From a virus, in the IMG/VR virus record IMGVR_UViG_3300017737_000031: 35,615 nucleotides of DNA. The stretch is one strand, 5' to 3'. The number at the start of each line of letters is the position of its first letter. Within the stretch, counting starts at the first letter, position 1. The notes below the pieces were generated by a model. That model was not told where the DNA came from. It searched no databases and saw nothing but the letters and a program-made list of their open reading frames with translations. Position numbers and translations under genes: made by a program. Shown here piece by piece: positions 28,538 to 35,615 of the stretch.

Positions 28538-29968
28538 ATGCTTAATCCATATTTTACACAAGGTACTACTGGTGAGCAAAATCTTGTTCAAGATTTAATC
28601 AATGAACAGTTGAGAACATATGGAGTGGATATATTTTATCTACCCAGAAAATATTTAACAGAAAATACCGTCATTAGAGAAGTAGTTCAATCTAAATTTG
28701 ATATTGCGCTTCCTTTAGAGGCATATATCGATAACTACGACCAATATTCTGGTGCGGGTAATATACTATCTAAGTTTGGTATTCAATCTCAAGATGAGGT
28801 GAGATTGATTATTTCAAGAGAACGATTTGAAAACTATATAACTCCTTTAATTCAAGATCAATCAAACGTAAAACTTTCAACTAGACCCAAAGGAGGAGAC
28901 CTTATTTGGTTTCCTCTTGATGATAGAATTTATGAAATTAAAGATGTAGAATATGCTAAACCATATTATCAGTTGCAAAACCTCTATGTTTATGAGTTGT
29001 ATTGTGAACTCTTTAGGCTTCAGGATGAAGTTATTGCGACTGGTATTGAGGATGTTGATAATAATTTAATTGGTGAAAATTATGATGGTCTAACTGATGA
29101 TGGTATTAATACTATTCAAGGACCAACTCAAACACTTACTCTTGTAGGTGCTGCTTCCAGTGCTACAGCAACAGCAGCAATATTTAATGGTGGTGTAAGA
29201 TTCTTCACTGTTACCAATAGAGGTGGTGGTTATAGTAGCATTCCTACAGTTGGCGTATCTTCTGCTCCAGTAGGGGGAACAACTGCTGTAGGTATTGCTA
29301 CCATGATTGGTGGGATTAATGTATGTAATTTGAATGTTAATCCTAAAGATAGGTCTGTTCAGGCAGTTAACGTCGTTAATTCAGGTGCAGGTTACACCAT
29401 AGCACCATCTGTATCTTTTAGTGGCGGTGGAACTAACGGTGTTGGTGCGGCTGCAACGACAACTATCGGTGACGGTGTTGTTGGTATTATTACAGTTACT
29501 TCTGGTGGTGGAGGATACACCCAGAATCCAGTGATTACATTTACTGGGATATCCACAGTATCTGCTGCTGCCACAGCAATCGTTAGTGCTGCTGGAACTA
29601 TTTCCGCAGTTCACATCACTAATGCAGGTCTTGCGTACACTGTCGCTCCAACAATAACTATTTCTTCTCCTGGTACTGGAGGATCTGGAACTTTCTCCTT
29701 CAATGAAATTGTTACTGGATCGGTTAGTGGAACAACAGGTAGGGTCAGGGTTTGGAATGCGACAACTAACAATCTTGAACTTGGAGTTGTTGATGGAGAG
29801 TTTTCTATTGGAGAAAATATCGTTGGTTCTACATCAGGAGCTTCTTATGAACTTAGAGTTGTTGATGTTCAACCTGTTGATGATGGATTTGCCGATAATA
29901 TCAACATTGAAACTGAGGCAGATTCTATATTAGATTTCTCAGAACAGAATCCCTTCGGTATTCCCTAA
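28538..29968 (+). CDS. gp14: neck protein gp14 with internal repeat insertion
   Basis: LVQDLINEQLRTYGVDIFYLPR, FGIQSQDE, GDLIWFP, YEIKDVE and C-terminal LDFSEQNPFG motifs; follows gp13. Confidence 0.92.
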   Translation: MLNPYFTQGTTGEQNLVQDLINEQLRTYGVDIFYLPRKYLTENTVIREVVQSKFDIALPLEAYIDNYDQYSGAGNILSKFGIQSQDEVRLIISRERFENYITPLIQDQSNVKLSTRPKGGDLIWFPLDDRIYEIKDVEYAKPYYQLQNLYVYELYCELFRLQDEVIATGIEDVDNNLIGENYDGLTDDGINTIQGPTQTLTLVGAASSATATAAIFNGGVRFFTVTNRGGGYSSIPTVGVSSAPVGGTTAVGIATMIGGINVCNLNVNPKDRSVQAVNVVNSGAGYTIAPSVSFSGGGTNGVGAAATTTIGDGVVGIITVTSGGGGYTQNPVITFTGISTVSAAATAIVSAAGTISAVHITNAGLAYTVAPTITISSPGTGGSGTFSFNEIVTGSVSGTTGRVRVWNATTNNLELGVVDGEFSIGENIVGSTSGASYELRVVDVQPVDDGFADNINIETEADSILDFSEQNPFGIP

Positions 29969-29971
29969 ATA
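29965..29971 (+). promoter_or_regulatory. late promoter variant CTAAATA
   Basis: Contains the stop TAA 29966-29968; upstream of gp15. Confidence 0.55.
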
Positions 29972-30009
29972 AAAACACACAATAGTGTCAAGATTTGTAG
30001 GATTAAACT

Positions 30010-31008
30010 ATGTTTGAATATTTTTACAACGAAATATTGAGAAGAACTATCATATCTTTTGGTACACTTTTTAACGATATTTCAATTAAGAAGTCTGATT
30101 CTGATGATGATGTTTTTAGTGTTATCAAGGTTCCTCTTGCATACGGTCCTACTCAAAAATTTCTTGCAAGATTAGAGCAGTCTCCAGATTTAAATAAACC
30201 CTTTGCTATTACACTGCCAAGGATGTCGTTTGAATTTACTGGATTAACATATGATCCTGCTAGAAAAGTAACAACCACTCAGACCTTTAAGGTAAAGGAT
30301 CCTAATGATGGGTCTGAAACAAAAAAATCTTATATGCCAGTTCCCTACAACATGGCATTTGAGTTAAGCATCATGACTAAACTAAATGATGATGCCCTTC
30401 AAATTGTAGAACAGATTCTCCCATATTTCCAACCAGCATATAATTTATCTGTAGAATTAGTAGAAGCATTACAAGAGAAAAGAGATATTCCTGTAGTATT
30501 AGAAAATATTACAATGTCTGACGAATATGAAGGAGACTTTAGTTCTAGAAGAGTTCTTCTTTATACTTTAAGATTTACTGCAAAAACTTATATGTTTGGA
30601 CCTTCTACCAAGGTTTCCAAAGATATTATCAAAAAAGCAACTGTCAGTTATCTTACTGGTTCAGATTCCTCAAGTGCATCTAGAGAATATACTTACTCTG
30701 TTACACCAAGAGCAATCAAAAATTATACAGGAGATATTGAAACCACTCTTGCCGGAGATGTTACTGCTAAATCAGTTTATATTGAAGTTGCTGATGCCAG
30801 TGGACTTACCGCCAATACTTATATTAATATTGGTACTGAGGAACTTTACATCAAATCCATTAGTGGCAATAAATTAACAGTTAGACGCGGAGAAGATAAT
30901 ACGACAGCAGCAATTCATGTCAATGGCGCAGACGTTAAGAAAATCACTCCTGCGGATAATGCATTAGTTGAATCTGGAGACGACTTTGGATTTGATGGTG
31001 CATTCTGA
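30010..31008 (+). CDS. gp15: tail terminator / sheath stabilizer gp15
   Basis: YFYNEILRRTIISFGTLFN, VPLAYGPTQKFLARL, LPRMSFE and QIVEQILPYFQP motifs. Confidence 0.93.
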   Translation: MFEYFYNEILRRTIISFGTLFNDISIKKSDSDDDVFSVIKVPLAYGPTQKFLARLEQSPDLNKPFAITLPRMSFEFTGLTYDPARKVTTTQTFKVKDPNDGSETKKSYMPVPYNMAFELSIMTKLNDDALQIVEQILPYFQPAYNLSVELVEALQEKRDIPVVLENITMSDEYEGDFSSRRVLLYTLRFTAKTYMFGPSTKVSKDIIKKATVSYLTGSDSSSASREYTYSVTPRAIKNYTGDIETTLAGDVTAKSVYIEVADASGLTANTYINIGTEELYIKSISGNKLTVRRGEDNTTAAIHVNGADVKKITPADNALVESGDDFGFDGAF

Positions 31009-31442
31009 TGGTTATGACAAAAAACTTTAACAAACTCAATGAGACTTTTGACACTTCGGACTCGGGTGATATTGTTCAACCAGAAGTAATCAAAGATAAA
31101 ATTGAAAAAGTAAGAGAAGGTGTAGATGATATCAAAAAAGATTATGAATACACTAGAGGTAATCTTTACTCTATAATCGAGAAAGGTCAAGAAGCATTAA
31201 ACGGCGTTCTTGAACTTGCACAAGAAAGTGAAATGCCAAGGGCATATGAAGTTGCGGGTCAGTTAATTAAAAACGTTGCTGATGCTACGGATAAACTATT
31301 AGATCTTCAAAAGAAACTTAAAGACGTAGAAGCAGAGGATAAGATCAAAGGACCATCAACCGTTAACAACGCTCTGTTCGTTGGGTCTACTGCAGACTTG
31401 GCAAAAATGTTAAAAGATGGACTTAATGAGGATCCTAAATAA
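31008..31442 (+). CDS. gp16: terminase small subunit gp16
   Basis: DYEYTRGNLYSIIEKGQEA, PRAYEVAGQLIK and NNALFVGSTADL motifs; TGATG overlap with gp15 (start could be ATG 31014). Confidence 0.92.
   Translation: MVMTKNFNKLNETFDTSDSGDIVQPEVIKDKIEKVREGVDDIKKDYEYTRGNLYSIIEKGQEALNGVLELAQESEMPRAYEVAGQLIKNVADATDKLLDLQKKLKDVEAEDKIKGPSTVNNALFVGSTADLAKMLKDGLNEDPK
31435..31441 (+). promoter_or_regulatory. late promoter variant CTAAATA
   Basis: Overlaps the stop TAA 31440-31442 of gp16; upstream of the 1082-aa ORF. Confidence 0.5.
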
Positions 31443-31485
31443 ATTGGAAGGGAGAGAAATCCCGAAGTATTAATGTACTAATAAA

Positions 31486-34400
31486 ATGTCAAAGGATTTA
31501 CCCTCATATGAGGATTTTGATGGAGATGAAAGTCTCCCATCAATAGAAGATTATATTACAGAAGGGAACGCAGAGGAACTCCCTTCTGTAGAAGATTATA
31601 TCGAGATAGAAGAAGAAACGCAAACTATTGAGGATGCTGACGGGAATGCGTTTGCAGAAGTAAAGGATATTATCCCACCATTTCCCGAATTAATTCGTCT
31701 GATTAATGATGTTAGAAAAGACATCCCAGACATTCCAGAAGTCAAATATTATGATAGAGAACTTGAAGATCTTGCGGAACAGATTTCTCAACTTCCAGAA
31801 GTCAAATATTATGATAGAGAAGTAGAAGCAATATGTAGTCAGATTGATCTGGTAAGAGAACAGATTAAAGATCTTCCAGAAGTCAAATATTATGATGAAC
31901 AGGTAAACTCCATTGAAGACAGAATTGATAGTCTTCAAACAGATGTAGTTAATTTACCAGAAGTAAAATATTATGATGCGGAGATTGAGGCAATTTGTGG
32001 GGCTATTGATGAGGTAAAAGCATCGATTCCAAAATTCCCTAAATGGGTCAATGAAATAAATGAAGTCCCAGACTTCTCTTGGATTGGCAAAACTTTCAGT
32101 GTCATCGATGATGACTTTGTAAAAGTTAGTGATAAAATTGAGGGGTTAAGAGGAAAGATTGAATATGATATAGAACAACTTTCTGAAGACGTAGAAGCAA
32201 AATATTTTAACAATACTACTAAGATTAACTCAGATATTATTAATCTTGACGGAAAAGTAAATGAACGTATTAACGAAGAGAAAGATAAGATTTGGAAGGA
32301 ATTGAGATCTTCATCACTAAAAATATGGGAATACCATAAAGAATTTAAAGATGATGATCGCAAACTAAAGAAACAAATTATTGGAGAATATAATCAACTC
32401 AAGAAAAACCTTGACAAAGAACTAAAGGAAATTAACTACACCAGTGTAAAAACTGATGAGTTACTTCTCAAGTATTTTACTGAGTTAAAGGAAGAAATCT
32501 CTGAACTTCCAGAAGTTAAGTATTATGATAAAGATATTGATTATGTAAAGTCTGACATCAAAGGTCTTTATAAAATTATTGAGGACATAAAGTCTTCTCA
32601 AAATAAACTACAAGAGGAACAAAAACTTTTAGCAGAGACTAATGTTCCTCTGGGAATGGATCCTCCAGATACAGAAAATCCAGACCCACTTACTCCACTG
32701 GATCAAAATTTTGTAACACTTGAGCAACTACAACTACACTACAAAAGGTTTGTAGAAAGAGTACAATATCAACTAGGATCTATTGGTGGAGGTGGTGCAG
32801 GATTCATCAAAGACCTTGATGACGTAGATATCTCAGGATTAGAGGATGGATATGTCCTTAAATGGAATAGTGCATCAAATAAGTGGAAACCAGAAGAAGC
32901 TGGTGGTGTTGGTGCAGGTGGAACATGGGCATCTAACACCATCGGAATCAGCACTACTAAGAATGTTGGTATTGGAACCACAACTGCTAAGTCAGGTGTT
33001 GCACTATTCGTTGCAGGTGATATTGAAGCAACAAACGTCAACGTTGCTGGAACAATCACCTATGAAGATGTAAAAAATGTTGATTCTCTTGGTCTTAGCA
33101 CCTTTAGAAGTGGAATCGAAGTAAATGCGGGAACTGCAACAACAGCACTATTAGTTAGAGGTGATGCAAGAATCACGGGAATTCTGACAGTTGGTACTGC
33201 TTCTGTTACGATTGATGGTGATAACAATACAGTAAGTGTTGGTATAGTTACGATTACTAACTCTGAGGTCATTCTTGGTGATAACGTTACCCTTAATGCT
33301 GCTGCAACTGGCATTAACTCTGCACCAAATGTTCTTTATGTTGCTAAAGATGGTATTGACACTAATAACGGAACTTCTATTGATAATGCAAAACTTACAA
33401 TTAAAAGCGCAGTTTCTATTGCTCAGTCTGGCACAGTAATTAAAGTTTTATCGGGTAACTATGTAGAGGCAAATCCAATTACCCTCCCTGCTTTTACTGC
33501 TGTTGTTGGGGATGATTTAAGAACTGTCAAGGTCTTACCAAGCACACCCACAAGTGATATTTTCCACGTCAATAAAGCATGTAAACTTGCAAACATGACG
33601 TTCTCTGGTCATGTTGCTCCTGCTGCTGCTGTTGCTTTCCCAACTGGAATAGCAACTAACGTTGGCGGTGGTAAATGGAAAGGTCCTTATATTCAAAACT
33701 GTACCAGTGATACGACTACTGGAACAGGTATCTTTATTGATGGAAATAAAGCAGAAAAAACTAAATCTATGAATGTTGATGCCTTCACCCAATATAATCA
33801 GGGTGGTGTTGGTGTTGCAGTTACCAATGAAGGTTACGCACAGTTAGTTTCCGTATTTACTATTTGTTGCGACAAAGCAATCACAGTTCATAAAGGTGGA
33901 CAAGCAGATTTAGCAAATAGTAACTGCAGTTTTGGAACTCAAGGATTAGTTGCTGATGGTGTAAGTCCACAGCAATTTACTGGAATTGTTACTTCTTCTG
34001 CTACTGCAGGTCAAGATAATGTAACTATCAATGTTGGGTCTTCAACTACAAGACCTTATGATGGTCAAGTGGTTTATTTTGATCAACTATTCAAGTCTAT
34101 TGAAAGTATCACTGTTGGTTCTGGTGGAACTGGATATACCCAAGCACCAACAGTTACGATTGATGCACCTATAGGTCCAAGTGGAGAAACTGCATCGGCG
34201 TTTGCTACTATTGAAAATGGTGCTGTAACAGAAATTTCTATTATTAGTAGTGGAAGTCAATATACCTCTACACCTTCAATTACTATTTCTGGACCTCAGA
34301 GCGGAATAAGCACTGCTACTGCAACTGCCAATATGACAGATACTTATTATACAATAAATAGTGCTACACCTATCGTTTCTGGAATTACTACATTAACACT

Positions 34401-34734
34401 TGCAGAAAATCTTATTAATACGGTAGGGGTTGGTTCTACATCATACTTCTTCCAACAAAGTAAAATTGTTGCAAGTTCTCACACATTTGAATATATTGGT
34501 TCTGGTAATACTATTACCTTAGCAACACCAAAACGAGGTGGAGTTACCATTCAAGCAAATGAAGTTGTAAGTCAAAATGGTGGAAGAGTAATATATACCA
34601 GCACAGACCAAGCAGGTAACTTTAGAATTGGTGATGATCTTCAGATCAACCAAGCAACAGGAACTATTAGTGGAAGAGCATTTTCCAAGAGTTTGTTCTC
34701 AGAAATAACACCCTTTATCTTAGCACTCAGTTAA
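31486..34734 (+). CDS. multidomain protein: acidic PEVKYYD-repeat coiled coil, fibre-like segment and putative beta-helix (pectin-lyase-like) domain
   Basis: Acidic N-half; GGGG hinge at aa 434-437; LDDVD..GYVLKWN and VGIGTT fibre motifs; LYVAKDGIDTNNG..TIKSAV..GNYVE from aa ~613, typical of DUF1565/beta-helix N-termini. Confidence 0.7.
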   Translation: MSKDLPSYEDFDGDESLPSIEDYITEGNAEELPSVEDYIEIEEETQTIEDADGNAFAEVKDIIPPFPELIRLINDVRKDIPDIPEVKYYDRELEDLAEQISQLPEVKYYDREVEAICSQIDLVREQIKDLPEVKYYDEQVNSIEDRIDSLQTDVVNLPEVKYYDAEIEAICGAIDEVKASIPKFPKWVNEINEVPDFSWIGKTFSVIDDDFVKVSDKIEGLRGKIEYDIEQLSEDVEAKYFNNTTKINSDIINLDGKVNERINEEKDKIWKELRSSSLKIWEYHKEFKDDDRKLKKQIIGEYNQLKKNLDKELKEINYTSVKTDELLLKYFTELKEEISELPEVKYYDKDIDYVKSDIKGLYKIIEDIKSSQNKLQEEQKLLAETNVPLGMDPPDTENPDPLTPLDQNFVTLEQLQLHYKRFVERVQYQLGSIGGGGAGFIKDLDDVDISGLEDGYVLKWNSASNKWKPEEAGGVGAGGTWASNTIGISTTKNVGIGTTTAKSGVALFVAGDIEATNVNVAGTITYEDVKNVDSLGLSTFRSGIEVNAGTATTALLVRGDARITGILTVGTASVTIDGDNNTVSVGIVTITNSEVILGDNVTLNAAATGINSAPNVLYVAKDGIDTNNGTSIDNAKLTIKSAVSIAQSGTVIKVLSGNYVEANPITLPAFTAVVGDDLRTVKVLPSTPTSDIFHVNKACKLANMTFSGHVAPAAAVAFPTGIATNVGGGKWKGPYIQNCTSDTTTGTGIFIDGNKAEKTKSMNVDAFTQYNQGGVGVAVTNEGYAQLVSVFTICCDKAITVHKGGQADLANSNCSFGTQGLVADGVSPQQFTGIVTSSATAGQDNVTINVGSSTTRPYDGQVVYFDQLFKSIESITVGSGGTGYTQAPTVTIDAPIGPSGETASAFATIENGAVTEISIISSGSQYTSTPSITISGPQSGISTATATANMTDTYYTINSATPIVSGITTLTLAENLINTVGVGSTSYFFQQSKIVASSHTFEYIGSGNTITLATPKRGGVTIQANEVVSQNGGRVIYTSTDQAGNFRIGDDLQINQATGTISGRAFSKSLFSEITPFILALS
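31735..32529 (+). repeat. in-frame dispersed repeat encoding PEVKYYD (5 copies)
   Basis: CCAGAAGTCAAATATTATGAT exact at 31735, 31795 and 31876; one-mismatch copy at 31957; synonymous variant at 32509. Confidence 0.9.
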
Positions 34735-35067
34735 ATGGCACAATTAGCACTTAACAGATTTCAAACTGAAACTGCAATTTTGACGACCAGTGATCAAACG
34801 ATATATACTGCTCCCGCAGGTTATACTGGAATTATCCTGTATGCCCATATTACCAATTATGGTTCTTCGACAACTACGGTCACATGTAAACATGTGAGAT
34901 CTGGAACAGAAACAGAAATCATCAATGCTGCAAACGTTCCTGTAAACGATGCGTATATCCCTCTAGATGGAAAGTTAGTTCTAGAAACAAACGATTCATT
35001 TAAAGCAAGTGCTGGTGCAGGTACAACACTTAAAATTCTTCTCTCAGTCTTGGAGACTGCAAACTAA
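34735..35067 (+). CDS. small beta-rich putative virion/fibre-associated protein (110 aa)
   Basis: TIYTAP, ITN, GKLVLETND and LSVLE pattern of small ORFs often found next to phage fibre genes; abuts the upstream stop. Confidence 0.75.
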   Translation: MAQLALNRFQTETAILTTSDQTIYTAPAGYTGIILYAHITNYGSSTTTVTCKHVRSGTETEIINAANVPVNDAYIPLDGKLVLETNDSFKASAGAGTTLKILLSVLETAN

Positions 35068-35240
35068 TGCCTAGACTTTTAAGTTCAGTAAACGGATCTA
35101 GTCAAGTAGGTATTTCCAGCGATGGAACTAACCTAGGTAATATGACTCGTTTGAATTTAGAAAGCAATAGAGTAACATTGGATACCACAACTGGAGTTGC
35201 AACTGTATTCAGCGACCCTTTGACTATCATCGGATTATAA
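35067..35240 (+). CDS. hypothetical protein (57 aa), not in ORF track
   Basis: TAATG stop/start overlap; MPRLLSSVNGSSQVGISSDGTNLGNMTRLNLESNRVTLDTTTGVATVFSDPLTIIGL*. Confidence 0.7.
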   Translation: MPRLLSSVNGSSQVGISSDGTNLGNMTRLNLESNRVTLDTTTGVATVFSDPLTIIGL

Positions 35241-35243
35241 ATA
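35236..35243 (+). promoter_or_regulatory. late promoter TATAAATA
   Basis: Exact T4 late consensus overlapping the stop TAA 35238-35240; 21 nt upstream of ATG 35265. Confidence 0.75.
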
Positions 35244-35264
35244 TATCTATGGACTCGCGCTAAC

Positions 35265-35615
35265 ATGAAGAAAAACGGTAAATGTCCATCTGGACAATAC
35301 TATTGCTACACTGATAAAAAGTGTAAACCAATCCCTCAAGGATTTAAGGCAGTAGGTCGTGCAGGTTATCTTCGTAAAGAAAACGGTCACTCCGTAGATG
35401 ATGAGAACAAAAATGGTAATGGTAACGGCAATGGTAATGGTAATGGTGGTAACGGGTCTAGTGGTGGCAATGGTGGATCCAACGGAGGAGTGAGTGAATC
35501 GAAAAGTGGTGATTCTTCTCTGCGTGACTGGTTTGGCAAGAGTAAGTCTAGTGATGGCAAGCCTGGTTGGGTTCAACTGGGTGGGAAATACGCTGGAAAA
35601 CCTTGTGCCAAGCAA
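35265..35615 (+). CDS. 3'-truncated protein with Cys motif and Asn-Gly linker, not in ORF track
   Basis: Open to the window end (117 codons): MKKNGKCPSGQYYCYTDKKCKPIP...(NG)6...SLRDWFGKSKSSDGKPGWVQLGGKYAGKPCAKQ; preceded by a late promoter. Confidence 0.8.
   Translation, partial: MKKNGKCPSGQYYCYTDKKCKPIPQGFKAVGRAGYLRKENGHSVDDENKNGNGNGNGNGNGGNGSSGGNGGSNGGVSESKSGDSSLRDWFGKSKSSDGKPGWVQLGGKYAGKPCAKQ
35412..35447 (+). repeat. (AAYGGY)6 coding tandem repeat, (Asn-Gly)6
   Basis: AATGGT AATGGT AACGGC AATGGT AATGGT AATGGT in frame. Confidence 0.9.

Noticed and set aside
31735-31977. Repeat-spacer pattern resembling a mini CRISPR array
   Set aside because: Repeats are in frame within a long ORF, periods are multiples of 3 and unequal, variants are synonymous, the repeat is not palindromic and no cas genes are present.
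4200-33792. Numerous minus-strand and alternate-frame ORFs of 60-197 aa inside large genes
   Set aside because: Fully nested in long + strand genes, with no SD or promoter support or recognisable motifs; explained by codon bias leaving antisense frames open.
35247-35615. 122-aa minus-strand ORF
   Set aside because: Antisense shadow of the + strand ORF 35265->end; its ITITIAVTIT stretch is the complement of the (NG)n repeat.

Overview
AT-rich fragment of a T4-like cyanomyovirus genome (probably Kyanoviridae, Synechococcus/Prochlorococcus-type). All credible genes are on the + strand. The first ~2.6 kb holds small ORFs, three near-perfect sigma70 promoters, a ~145-nt non-coding leader with predicted pairings, a GT-A glycosyltransferase-like gene and a 43-aa basic peptide missing from the ORF track. 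The late structural module follows in cyanophage order: gp25, gp6, a 4206-aa gp7-like wedge protein, gp8, a 2514-aa VrlC/DUF4815-like protein, three small ORFs, gp13, gp14, gp15 and small terminase gp16. After gp16, where T4 has gp17, there is a 1082-aa protein (acidic repeat/coiled-coil N-half, fibre and beta-helix C-half), two small ORFs and a 3'-truncated Cys/Asn-Gly-rich ORF. T4-type late promoter motifs repeatedly overlap the stop codon of the upstream gene. I saw no tRNA, rRNA, CRISPR array, integrase, intron or intein. Family assignments come from motif recognition and synteny, not from database searches. I cannot demonstrate a new system; the best candidates for follow-up are the 1082-aa protein cassette, the split YHYH-like domain and the structured leader.
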